Origin: Ignavibacteriales bacterium
GTDB taxonomy: Bacteria > Bacteroidota > Ignavibacteria > Ignavibacteriales > SURF-24
Length of the DNA stretch: 64,000 nt
Reading direction: 5' to 3'
Assembly: GCA_026390815.1 (NCBI GenBank)
Contig: JAPLFH010000005.1
Span: 62,366-126,365, forward strand
Shown here: positions 39,411 through 48,633 of the stretch, piece by piece
Position numbering within the stretch: position 1 is the first letter of the stretch
Layout: every line of letters starts with the position of its first letter
The notes under the pieces: generated by a model
The model's input: only the letters and a program-made list of their open reading frames with translations
Told to the model about the DNA's origin: nothing
Databases searched by the model: none
Made by a program: the position numbers and the translations under genes

Positions 39411-39813
39411 GGCGTTATCTCTTTTTCGGTAAACTCGATTTCAAGAAATCATTCTGTTACTGGAATAAATTTATTCCCTGGGATGGAAATGAACCAACTA
39501 TTAAAAGAAATTAAATTTCAAACTGAAAAAACGTACAGAAGTTGAAGGAAGAGGAAATGAAATTACTCCATTTCAGATTTACTATTTTGCAATAACTCTG
39601 GCAAGGTGTGTACGTTACGTGTTAAGAATTAATTTAGGAGAAAAGAGTCCGCCGGATATTTCCCCCGACAAGCTGCTGTTTATTAAACACGAAATTTTTC
39701 CAGTAACCTGCTACGATACTCTGGTTTTTCGCAATGACTTTTAAATGAATTTTGTGGCAGCCTCTGTTTTGTTTTTAGGTTGCAGCAATACCTTCATATT
39801 TATCGCTTTAAAG

Positions 39814-40857
39814 TTATTTCAGCAACATCAATTTCCTGATAGAAGAAAATTTATTGCCTCCTTCCACAGCTTCAGCCTTCATCTGTGCAATGTAAATGCC
39901 ACTGGAAAGATCATTCGCATTCCACAAAACTTGTTTGTAACCGGCAGATTCTTCTTTGTCTATAAGTGTGGTTATTAACTGTCCAAGCATATTAAAAATT
40001 TCTATTTTTACTCTACTATTATAAGGCAAAACGTATTCAATTGTTGTTGTTGGATTAAACGGGTTGGGATAATTTTGAAATAGATAAAAAGTTTCCGGTG
40101 TTGTTGTTTTACTGTCTGTACCTGTAGCAGTATTTTTAACGCATCGGATAGAGTATTTCATAATCTTATACCAGTTATAAGTATATGATGCAGCATTATT
40201 ATATGCTAAATATCTCTCCTTGGCTGTTGTCTTATTGATATTTGTTGAAGTCCAGAATACAGCATACTCGTTCAATAATTGGAATTTTTTCAAATCATTA
40301 CTATCATATTCTCCAGCCGCTAATGCAGAGAATCCACTGCTGTTAGTTGCACCAGCATTCGGAGATTTCCATCCTGTTGTGCTTTTCATTTTTCCACCTG
40401 CAACAGAAACCCCACCAAGAAATAGTTCCAATTCCTTCCAATCTTTATCTGATGGAACATGCCATTCGCAGGGACATAATCCCTGTGAATTTTCAACTGT
40501 TGCGTTTTTCATTGCTGCATTCCAGGTATAAAGAAGACCATAAACTCCGGCAAGGCTATCGCTATTATTATATGCTGTAACATCCAGAATTAGAGTTCCA
40601 TCAGAATAGTGAAGTGACTTAAGATTTTCTTTCATCCAAAGCTGGTTTCCAATTTGAACAATGCCATAGACATTTCCATCATAATCTCTAACAGTATCAT
40701 TTTTAGTTAATTTGTTTTCGAATAGTTCTGCACGTACAGACATTGTTTCATCAAATTTGTCCGCTATTAAATGCTCAGTAAATTCCATCTGAGCTGATAT
40801 TTGTGCAAAAGTAAAAAGATATGCTAATAATACTGCAATAAAGAAATTCTTATTCAT
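39814..40857 (-). CDS. FISUMP-domain (Fibrobacter succinogenes major paralogous domain) protein with a T9SS C-terminal sorting domain
   Basis: DYDGNVYGIVQIGNQLWMKENL, YGLLYTWNAA, CPCEWHVPSDKDWKELE, GFSALAAGEY and FWTSTN match the TIGR02145-type pattern. The C-terminus is FQNYPNPFNPTTTIEY..LMLLK. Confidence 0.8.
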   Translation of the reverse strand: MNKNFFIAVLLAYLFTFAQISAQMEFTEHLIADKFDETMSVRAELFENKLTKNDTVRDYDGNVYGIVQIGNQLWMKENLKSLHYSDGTLILDVTAYNNSDSLAGVYGLLYTWNAAMKNATVENSQGLCPCEWHVPSDKDWKELELFLGGVSVAGGKMKSTTGWKSPNAGATNSSGFSALAAGEYDSNDLKKFQLLNEYAVFWTSTNINKTTAKERYLAYNNAASYTYNWYKIMKYSIRCVKNTATGTDSKTTTPETFYLFQNYPNPFNPTTTIEYVLPYNSRVKIEIFNMLGQLITTLIDKEESAGYKQVLWNANDLSSGIYIAQMKAEAVEGGNKFSSIRKLMLLK

Positions 40858-40890
40858 TACTTCTCCTGCTTAATTAATTATTTTCTGTTG

Positions 40891-40898
40891 CAAATGTA
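40891..40898 (-). promoter_or_regulatory. Candidate Bacteroidota-type -7 promoter box (TACATTTG)
   Basis: The minus-strand sequence TACATTTG fits TAnnTTTG and lies 33 nt upstream of the FISUMP gene ATG. A second instance, TATATTTG, is at 22176-22183 upstream of uvrD. Confidence 0.35.
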
Positions 40899-41191
40899 TA
40901 TGTTACGTGCAAAGAAATCATAGATTTTCGTCAGAAACCCCTTTTACCAAATGATATCAAAGTATAATAGATACAAAATCCTTTCGTCGGTTAAAGATTG
41001 TTGTATAGGTGGTTTAATTTGCAGTTGGTCTATATATCAGGAATAATTTATTCTGAAAGTGTTTATTTTTACAAAATACATTTTCCGGATAGAATTAAAT
41101 AACAGGAGTGGATAATTATTAATAATAGCTTGCTCTTATAGAATTTTATTATAATGTTTTGCAAGTAAATTCCTCAGAAAGATATATTAAC

Positions 41192-42262
41192 ATGATGTTT
41201 ACTTTTGAAAAATTAAATAAGAACCGTATACTGTTGCACATACTTTTCTGGATTGGTTATGTAGCCCTCTTCACTTTCCAGTATGGTTATTCAACAAAAG
41301 ATTATCTTGTTACGTTATATGGATATTGTATTTACCTGCCGGTGCTGATTCTTGCTGTTTATTCAAATCTCTATTTTATAATTCCAAAATATCTCCTTGA
41401 AAAAAGATACTTGTTATTTTATATTTTTCTTTTTATTAGTGCTGCAATCTTTACTTTGCTTCAAAGGGCTGCGGCATATTTTATAATTGCCCCACTTCTT
41501 TATCCGCCACAGGTAATGGCAAGCTATATAAAATTTGGATTTTTTTACCCTTACTATTTAACAACGCAGTTGATAGCAATCTATTCAGTTGTTATTGTTG
41601 CAGCTTTTATTAAGCTGTTTAAAAACTGGCTTGATAAAGAAAGGACTGCTCAACAGCTTTCAAAAGAGAAAGTTGAAACTGAACTTATGTTTCTTAAATC
41701 CCAGATTCATCCGCATTTTCTATTTAATGTTCTTAATGCTATCTATGCTTTAACTCTTAAGAAATCAGACCTTGCCCCGGAGATGGTGCTTAAATTATCC
41801 TCTCTTCTTGATTACATGATTTACGAGTGTAACACGGAATGTGTTCCGCTTTGCAAGGAAATTAAAATTATAAATGATTATATAGAGCTTGAGAAAATCA
41901 GGTATGGATATAAAGTCAAAGTCCAGTTTAAAATAACAGGTACTACAAATGGAATATATATTGCGCCATTAATACTTTTTCCCCTTATAGAAAATTGTTT
42001 TAAACATGGAATCAATAATGAAATTAATAATTCCTGGATAGATATAAACATGAATGCTTCAGAAGATAAGCTTATCTTTATGGTGGAGAACAGCAGTTCC
42101 TGCACGTTGAAAAATGAAACAGGAGACGGTGAAACCGGGATTGGTTTGAATAATGTTAAGCGAAGGCTGGATTTACTTTATTACAATAAACATCAGTTCA
42201 GGATAGAAAAAAAGGAAAATAGTTTTGCCATCAATCTGGAAATAATATTTAACCGAAAATAA
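41192..42262 (+). CDS. LytS/YehU-type sensor histidine kinase
   Basis: Multi-TM N-terminus, then a His_kinase (PF06580-like) region ELMFLKSQIHPHFLFNVLN and a HATPase region (PLILFPLIENCFKHG, GIGLNNVKRRL). The ATG at 41192 is preferred over the track TTG at 41159. Confidence 0.85.
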   Translation: MMFTFEKLNKNRILLHILFWIGYVALFTFQYGYSTKDYLVTLYGYCIYLPVLILAVYSNLYFIIPKYLLEKRYLLFYIFLFISAAIFTLLQRAAAYFIIAPLLYPPQVMASYIKFGFFYPYYLTTQLIAIYSVVIVAAFIKLFKNWLDKERTAQQLSKEKVETELMFLKSQIHPHFLFNVLNAIYALTLKKSDLAPEMVLKLSSLLDYMIYECNTECVPLCKEIKIINDYIELEKIRYGYKVKVQFKITGTTNGIYIAPLILFPLIENCFKHGINNEINNSWIDINMNASEDKLIFMVENSSSCTLKNETGDGETGIGLNNVKRRLDLLYYNKHQFRIEKKENSFAINLEIIFNRK

Positions 42263-42263
42263 A

Positions 42264-42986
42264 ATGACAAATTGTATAATTGTAGAAGATGAACCGCTTG
42301 CCACGGAAATAATTGAAGGATACCTTAAGAATTTTTTTGATGTTTTTCTTCTTGGCAAATTTGAAAATTCAATTACAGCTTTTGATTTTCTTAAAAAGAA
42401 AAACGTTGACCTGATGTTTCTGGATATAAGAATGCCACAGGTTAGCGGAATTGACCTTCTGAAAATATTAAGCCATCCTCCAAAAGTTATTATAACTACA
42501 GCTTATCGCGATTTTGCTCTTGAGGGATATGAACTGGATGTTGTTGATTATCTCTTGAAGCCAATATCACTTGAGAGATTTTTGAAAGCGATGGATAAAT
42601 TTTATAAGTCTACTGAAGCTCATGTGAACGATAGTTTAATTCTGCAGAAACCTGCTGATGAAAATTTTATTTACGTTAAAGCTGAAAGAAAAATAATTAA
42701 GATTTATCTGAAGGAAATTTATTTTATTGAAAGCCTGAAAGATTACACAATTTTACATCTTAAGAATAAGAAAGTAATTACACATCAGCAGATAAGCCAA
42801 CTTGAAGAACAACTTACCTGCAAAGGATTTATCCGCATCCATCGTTCATACATTGTTTCTGTTTCCAAAATTGAAGCGGTAACTTCAGCATCAATTGAAA
42901 TTCATGGTAAAGAACTACCAATTGGACGGAACTACAAAAACGAAGTGTTAAAGACATTAAATCTTGGTAAGATTATTACCAAATAG
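42264..42986 (+). CDS. LytTR-family response regulator
   Basis: Receiver domain (IIVEDEP.., DLMFLDIRMP, ITTAY, KP) plus a C-terminal LytTR DNA-binding domain (FIRIHRSYIV). It is 1 nt from the kinase stop. Confidence 0.9.
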   Translation: MTNCIIVEDEPLATEIIEGYLKNFFDVFLLGKFENSITAFDFLKKKNVDLMFLDIRMPQVSGIDLLKILSHPPKVIITTAYRDFALEGYELDVVDYLLKPISLERFLKAMDKFYKSTEAHVNDSLILQKPADENFIYVKAERKIIKIYLKEIYFIESLKDYTILHLKNKKVITHQQISQLEEQLTCKGFIRIHRSYIVSVSKIEAVTSASIEIHGKELPIGRNYKNEVLKTLNLGKIITK

Positions 42987-43034
42987 GATAATTGGAGACC
43001 TGGCAGATACTAAACTAAACAGGTCTGAAAAATT

Positions 43035-43069
43035 ATCTTGCAGGTAAACATAACAATTACCTGCAAGAT
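43035..43069. terminator. Bidirectional terminator hairpin between convergent lytTR and the T9SS cargo gene
   Basis: ATCTTGCAGGTA-11 nt-TACCTGCAAGAT is a perfect 12-bp stem. T-rich sequence follows on both strands. A second hairpin AGACCTG..CAGGTCT is at 42996-43026. An identical copy lies at 50260-50294. Confidence 0.7.
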
Positions 43070-43079
43070 GGATAAGTTT

Positions 43080-45230
43080 TTATTTTAGTAAGAGAAGTTT
43101 TTTCGTAGAAGATAATTTATTGCCTCCTTCCACAGCTTCAGCATTTATTCGCATAATGTAAATGCCGCTGGAAAGATCATTCGCATTCCACAAAACTTGT
43201 TTGTATCCGGCAGATTCTTCTTTGTCTATCAGTGTGGTTATTAACTGTCCAAGCATATTAAAAATTTCTACTTTTACTCTGCTGTTATAAGACAAAGAAT
43301 ATTCAATTGTTGTCGTTGGATTAAACGGATTGGGATAATTCTGCATAAGTTCAAATTTTTCTGGCGTATTTGCTAATGATATTTCTACAACATCAGAATA
43401 TTTGAATTGTCCGTCATTATCTATTTGTTTTAAGCGATATTTGAGAGTAAGATTATGAGCAAGATTAAGAGTAAGAGCAAGATCATCTGTAAAGGAATAT
43501 TCCTTCGGTGAGTTGCTGTTGCCGGCACCTGTAACAAATCCAATCTTTTCCCAGCCACCTTCTTTTCCACCTAAGGAGGAATTACAAGTCCCTTCCTTTT
43601 GAAGGGATTGGGAAAGACTTCTTTCTATTTCAAATCCATAATTGTTCACTTCGGTAGCTGTCTGCCAATTTAATAATACAGAAGAACCGTTTATGCTAGC
43701 GTTAAATTTGGTCAATTCTACCGGCAAAGGATCGACGTTCAGTTTATATTCATACGCCCCCATATCTATTATGCCGGTGGCGCCGGTGAGCTTATTCAGT
43801 TTTCTTGGGTAGCTGGAACCACGAATATCATAATCTTGCGAATTATAAGAATCATCTCCTACATCTGTACAAGGTGAAATTCCTATAATAGAAAGCGGGT
43901 GCGCTGAATTTGCCGATGAACCCACAAACTGAGGGTCGGAAGTAATGTTGTCGTTTGTAGTGTTAAATGTACCACTAAGTTGAATATCCCCGGACTCAGT
44001 TGCATAGCATGAGTGATTCAGTGTGGTTGTGCCACCACCAGAGAGATATATTTCATCACCATCAGTTCCAGCTTCATTACCCCAAATAATACAATTATTG
44101 AAGATAGTGTTGTTTGGAGAAGTAGATACATTTACAATTCCGCCGCCATTAGCAGTAGCTGTATTAGATGAGAAAGTGCAATTGGTGAGAGTTGGATAAG
44201 AGTAACTATTATACAATCCACCGGCATTAGCAGCGGTATTCGATAAGAATGTGCAATTGGTGAGAGATGGAGAACAATAATCACTATACATTCCACCACC
44301 ACCCTGACCAGCAGAATTCGATGAGAATCTGCAACTGATGAGGGTTACATAAGAATTATAGTAATTATATATACCACCACCGTAATAAGCCGCATTCGAT
44401 GTGAATGTACAACTAGTTAGGGTTGGAGAAGAATTAGTATAATTACACATTCCGCCGCCATAATAAGAACTAGCAGTGGCAGTATTCGATGTGAATGTAC
44501 AACTAGTTAGGGTTGGAGAAGAATATTGGTAATTATACATTCCGCCACCATGCATTGTAGCCGTATTCGATGAGAATATGCAGTTGGTTAGGCTGGGGGC
44601 AGAAAAAGAAGAAGAAGAAGAAGAAGAATTATACATTCCGGCTCCGTAGGTAGCCCAATTTGATGTGAATGTACAATTGGTAATGGTTGGAGAACATGCC
44701 CCATCATTAAACATTCCGCCGCCCTGGTTATGTGGCGCGGAACCATCATTTGCATTTCCGCCTTGAATAGTAAAGCCATCCAACATGGCAGAACTTGTTA
44801 AATCCGAACTGGTTGGATGGTAGAACACATGGTAGCAGTTGTCTGAGATGTTGCCCTCGGTACCAATATCGCCACTCAAAATGGTTTCGTTTGTCCCTCC
44901 GACGCCATAGTTGGTTCGCTCGCTTACGTCAGTTTCTGTTCCGGCAAAGCCGCCGTAAATGGCAACGTTGGGCTGCATACGGAAATGGTAGTAGCGTGCA
45001 GTAAAGTATAAATCATAATAGGAGCTTGGCTTATAAGTTCCCTTTGCCACCCAAATTTTGTCGCCAGAGCTTGCGGCAGTAAGAGCCGCTTGTAATCCTT
45101 CGTGAGCATTATCCCAACTTGAACCATTTTTTGAACCTGCACCGGTGGTAGTTACATGATGGACATCTGCCAGTACATTTACACCGGTTACTATAACCAG
45201 TACGAAAAGTGTTGTGATTAGCCTTTTCAT
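43080..45230 (-). CDS. Parallel beta-helix repeat protein (Pmp-like GGG/FxxN coils) with a pre-CTD module and a T9SS sorting domain
   Basis: Signal peptide, then more than ten coils of type SP(T/S)LT(N/S)C(T/I)F(T/S)SNTA..GGGMYN, then VELTKF..W.TATEVNNYGFEIER, then QNYPNPFNPTTTIEY..LLLLK. Confidence 0.75.
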   Translation of the reverse strand: MKRLITTLFVLVIVTGVNVLADVHHVTTTGAGSKNGSSWDNAHEGLQAALTAASSGDKIWVAKGTYKPSSYYDLYFTARYYHFRMQPNVAIYGGFAGTETDVSERTNYGVGGTNETILSGDIGTEGNISDNCYHVFYHPTSSDLTSSAMLDGFTIQGGNANDGSAPHNQGGGMFNDGACSPTITNCTFTSNWATYGAGMYNSSSSSSSFSAPSLTNCIFSSNTATMHGGGMYNYQYSSPTLTSCTFTSNTATASSYYGGGMCNYTNSSPTLTSCTFTSNAAYYGGGIYNYYNSYVTLISCRFSSNSAGQGGGGMYSDYCSPSLTNCTFLSNTAANAGGLYNSYSYPTLTNCTFSSNTATANGGGIVNVSTSPNNTIFNNCIIWGNEAGTDGDEIYLSGGGTTTLNHSCYATESGDIQLSGTFNTTNDNITSDPQFVGSSANSAHPLSIIGISPCTDVGDDSYNSQDYDIRGSSYPRKLNKLTGATGIIDMGAYEYKLNVDPLPVELTKFNASINGSSVLLNWQTATEVNNYGFEIERSLSQSLQKEGTCNSSLGGKEGGWEKIGFVTGAGNSNSPKEYSFTDDLALTLNLAHNLTLKYRLKQIDNDGQFKYSDVVEISLANTPEKFELMQNYPNPFNPTTTIEYSLSYNSRVKVEIFNMLGQLITTLIDKEESAGYKQVLWNANDLSSGIYIMRINAEAVEGGNKLSSTKKLLLLK

Positions 45231-45501
45231 AATGTTGCTCCTTGGTTTGTTTTTTATGGATTGTTGATTACATTTTTTGTTTACTCGTTCTCCGTCCGTT
45301 CCCTTCGTAGACTGAATTTGAACGTGGGAATACGTATCTGTCTTTGTCGTTATATCTGCCCAAAATGATGTTTTTCATATTCGTGTTGCCTCATAATACA
45401 GGGAACCAAAAATTATGATAGACTCATAAGCTACCATTCATTTCCACAACTTTTATCTGAAGATTTCCAGACCCATACGATATATACCAATCATCTAGGT
45501 A

Positions 45502-45551
45502 AGACTTCCGATTTCTTTCTTATATTATACTTGGGAAGAAATCGGAAGTCT
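45502..45551. other. Long near-perfect hairpin downstream of the 891-aa gene (possible terminator)
   Basis: AGACTTCCGATTTCTT..AAGAAATCGGAAGTCT is a 16-bp perfect stem, extendable by C-G and G-U pairs. It starts 17 nt past the stop at 45568. No clear U-tract follows, so terminator function is uncertain. Confidence 0.4.
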
Positions 45552-45567
45552 ATCTTTGAAGCAGGAA

Positions 45568-48243
45568 TTACTTCATCAAGACTATTTTAATCGTCTTAAT
45601 GAAGTTATCTGCTTGCAATCGGCAGAGGTATACACCACTTGGCTGATTGCTTGTATTCCACTGTACTTCGTATCTTCCAGCAGGTTTCTCCTCATCCAGC
45701 AATGTTGTCACCTCACTTCCAAGTAAATCATAAACCTTCAATGTTAGCTTACTGGCTTCAGCGAGTGTAAATTTAATTGTTGTTGTTGGGTTAAACGGAT
45801 TTGGATAGTTCTGGAATAGCGCAAACTTCATCGGCTTATTTATTTCCGCTTCTACAATTTCGGAATACTTAAATGAGCCATCGTAGTCTACTTGTTTAAA
45901 ACGGTATTGGTTAATTCCACATTCAGGTTCTTTGTCTACAAACTCATAATGCGCTGGAATTGTGCTGTTTCCTTTGCCATTTACAAAACCAATCTTTGTC
46001 CAATCTTTAGTAATCATAAATGATCTGCGTTCAATCTGAAATCCGAAATTGTTAATTTCAGTCGCCGTATTCCATTTAAGTTTAACATGGTTATCTATCA
46101 CTTCAGCATTAAAGGAAGTAAGTTCTACAGGAACCGGAATTGAATTTACATGCCAGGCATGAATAAGAAGTCTTCCGTCCGACTCTCTGAAAAACTCAGT
46201 CACATACAAAATTTGATTTTGCAAATCATAGCTGGCGGAAAAAATTTCGTGTGCTTCTCCATAAAAAATATTTTTACTAATTCTTAAAGCTGCATAGGGC
46301 TGTGGTTCATAAGGCTGCATTGTTCCCGATGCAACTTTAGCAAGGTCTGCCGGATTATAAAAGATTATCATCGGCTGAAGGTTATGCCCTCGCCAGCCTT
46401 TACCGTCCGGATCCGTGGTATAATAATCCGGATAAGGAGTATCGGCAATAACCCAATCGTGCAGCATCCTTTCTCCGGTATAACCGTACCAATTATTGCC
46501 CAACGCTTTATTTCCAATAATGGCAATGGAGTTTTGACCGGATGATGAAATCCACAATGCCTCTCTCCAAGTATCGCTGTGTTTATATCCATCAATTGAA
46601 TTTGGGAAATTGTAATTGTCCGTTCCTTCTACGGGACCGTACTGTAAAAGAGTAGTAATATCTAATTGGCTATCAGGCACAGGAGGAGTTCCGCCAACCT
46701 TTGCAAATGCATACATTGTTGGTCCTAATCCGCTTAATCCACCATCGCGGCTTCTACCAACTACAAGATTTCGTCCTGAAGTATTAGTTTGCGCCCATGA
46801 ATCCGGTGTTGAAAACAACCAATCGTTTATGGTAGCATCATTTGGTGGAGATGATGGTGAACCAACATACCAGGGTCCATACTTTGCAGAGCCGGAAAGA
46901 TTACCGGCATCGCAGCAGCTAATTGATGAATGCTTTTCTCCAGTTACAGTATAATGAATGCTCCAGGAACTGTACAGCCTTGATTCATCCGGAATGTATT
47001 CTAAACCGGTTCTCCATATATCAATAAACGTCCAGTTATTTATATTTGGTGGTCTAATGTTTACAGGCGTTTGAATTATTACTGCTAAAGGCAAATCATC
47101 AATATTTTTACTTGCGGATATAACCGGGGCTGGTATGCTAAGTTCGCCTACCAAACCATTTTCGGGCTGGTTAAGATTTGTTGCAAAGATGGAACCGGGG
47201 TAGCCATCAGCAGCGCCGTTGCCGGATTGCCCGCCATCTCCATTTGGGTTATATTCAATTGCTTCACCACCCCAGGCAAAATCATCCGGCAATCTAAATG
47301 TTCCAAGATATTGAAAGCCGGCAGGATTGACTAATGTTCCATCACCTTTATATTCCTGCGTTACAGCAGAAGCAGGCGCTGATTGAATGCTTTCATTTCT
47401 TACAGCATCCAGAGCCGTAACAGTAAAGCTATACTCTTTGTTAGGCTCTAAGAAAACGCATGTGTAATTGCTGCTTCGGCTGTAACCTTCTATTTGTCCG
47501 TTCATATAAATTAAGTATTCAACAACTCCAATATTATCCGTTGGCGCGTCCCAGTTTAGTTGAATTTTAGAATCTGAAATTGTATTTGCTGTTAGTCCTG
47601 TTGGTTGATTTGGAGTTAATATATCGGCATTACTAAGTAACTCAATTTTGTCGCACACCAAATATTGTTTTGGATCCGTAGCTCCCCATTCAATTGCAAG
47701 GTTTGTATTAACAAGCGAATAAGAACTATCTGTTTTATGTACACCAGCGTTGGTGATGTTAAAAACCGATTTGGCAGATGTGTGGGGTTGAATTTCAGTA
47801 TATGTATAACGATAGTCAGTAAAGCTTCTCATCGTATACCAATTACCTATGGATGTTCCACCCTCGGGTCGATCTCCGTCTGTAAAACTTATCCGCGCAG
47901 TAAAAAAGAATACGTCATCAGAATTATTATACCAGGTAACAACAATCCTTTCTCCAATTTGAAAATTTCTTGCGGTACCTTGGACACCCTGATAATCGCC
48001 AAATTCTTCTTCTGTTGGATGAGAAACTAAACCTCCTGGACCAGCAGATGTATAATTTACATTCGGACTTTTTATTAAAGTATTCCATCCGGTTAATCCA
48101 TATAAATTCCCTGAGGCGTTAGCTCCAAAATCTACCAGAACGATTCCCTGACACAATGGAGTGTTGCTAAGAAAGACCACAGAAAAAATTACAAATAACA
48201 ATCGCAAGGAGAAATTTCTTATTGGGTAATAAATTTTCAGCAT
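45568..48243 (-). CDS. Secreted 891-aa protein with an FN3 domain, a large unknown central domain, a pre-CTD module and a T9SS sorting domain
   Basis: Signal peptide. FN3 pattern PNQPTGLTANTISDSKIQLNWDAPTDNIGVVEYLIY..YSFTVTALD. VELTSF..WNTATEINNFGFQIER. C-terminus FQNYPNPFNPTTTIKF..IVLMK. Confidence 0.7.
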   Translation of the reverse strand: MLKIYYPIRNFSLRLLFVIFSVVFLSNTPLCQGIVLVDFGANASGNLYGLTGWNTLIKSPNVNYTSAGPGGLVSHPTEEEFGDYQGVQGTARNFQIGERIVVTWYNNSDDVFFFTARISFTDGDRPEGGTSIGNWYTMRSFTDYRYTYTEIQPHTSAKSVFNITNAGVHKTDSSYSLVNTNLAIEWGATDPKQYLVCDKIELLSNADILTPNQPTGLTANTISDSKIQLNWDAPTDNIGVVEYLIYMNGQIEGYSRSSNYTCVFLEPNKEYSFTVTALDAVRNESIQSAPASAVTQEYKGDGTLVNPAGFQYLGTFRLPDDFAWGGEAIEYNPNGDGGQSGNGAADGYPGSIFATNLNQPENGLVGELSIPAPVISASKNIDDLPLAVIIQTPVNIRPPNINNWTFIDIWRTGLEYIPDESRLYSSWSIHYTVTGEKHSSISCCDAGNLSGSAKYGPWYVGSPSSPPNDATINDWLFSTPDSWAQTNTSGRNLVVGRSRDGGLSGLGPTMYAFAKVGGTPPVPDSQLDITTLLQYGPVEGTDNYNFPNSIDGYKHSDTWREALWISSSGQNSIAIIGNKALGNNWYGYTGERMLHDWVIADTPYPDYYTTDPDGKGWRGHNLQPMIIFYNPADLAKVASGTMQPYEPQPYAALRISKNIFYGEAHEIFSASYDLQNQILYVTEFFRESDGRLLIHAWHVNSIPVPVELTSFNAEVIDNHVKLKWNTATEINNFGFQIERRSFMITKDWTKIGFVNGKGNSTIPAHYEFVDKEPECGINQYRFKQVDYDGSFKYSEIVEAEINKPMKFALFQNYPNPFNPTTTIKFTLAEASKLTLKVYDLLGSEVTTLLDEEKPAGRYEVQWNTSNQPSGVYLCRLQADNFIKTIKIVLMK

Positions 48244-48307
48244 GACGTTTACTCCATATATTTTAAATTTTTATATTGATCGGCTTTTTTACTAATTCTT
48301 TTCCGGT

Positions 48308-48541
48308 TTAATAACCACATACAACAAGCAGTAAAGTAAAAATCATTATAATGCATAGCAGCAGAAAAATTATATTTTCTGTAATGCGCGTAATTTCACC
48401 AACTATCACTCTAATGAAAAGAGTAATTAATATTATAAGTACACCGGCAATCCATAAAAATCCTTTACCAATTAAACCGACTGCTAAAAAAATCAGGGAA
48501 AGAAAAACTATTCCGATAATGATTGTTAGTCTCACATTCAT
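48308..48541 (-). CDS. Small hydrophobic membrane protein (77 aa, about 3 TM helices)
   Basis: The ORF is almost entirely hydrophobic helices. It lies between the AraC gene and the 891-aa gene on the same strand. No homology was recognised. Confidence 0.4.
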   Translation of the reverse strand: MNVRLTIIIGIVFLSLIFLAVGLIGKGFLWIAGVLIILITLFIRVIVGEITRITENIIFLLLCIIMIFTLLLVVCGY

Positions 48542-48633
48542 AGTGCAAAAATATTCTTTGGATGAAGGAAATGCTTGGGGAATAACGACAAAGGTTTGTA
48601 AAAAACAGTAAAATTAGAACTGTCGGACTAAAA

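Noticed and set aside
39814-40857. FISUMP/C-type-lectin-like gene as the target of a diversity-generating retroelement
   Set aside because: No reverse transcriptase gene is present, and no template-repeat copy of the 3' lectin-domain region is visible in the window.
40923-40990. Two AlgR-like boxes (ATTTTCGTC and CCTTTCGTC, against the AlgR consensus CCGTTCGTC) in the FISUMP/lytS divergent promoter region as LytTR binding sites
   Set aside because: There are only two short, imperfect matches, 56 bp apart. That spacing does not fit the 21-bp LytTR geometry, and chance occurrence is plausible. It is a weak hypothesis only.
44581-44640. (GAA)7 tract as an on/off phase-variation switch
   Set aside because: A trinucleotide repeat changes length in frame, so it can vary the poly-Ser length but cannot toggle the reading frame.
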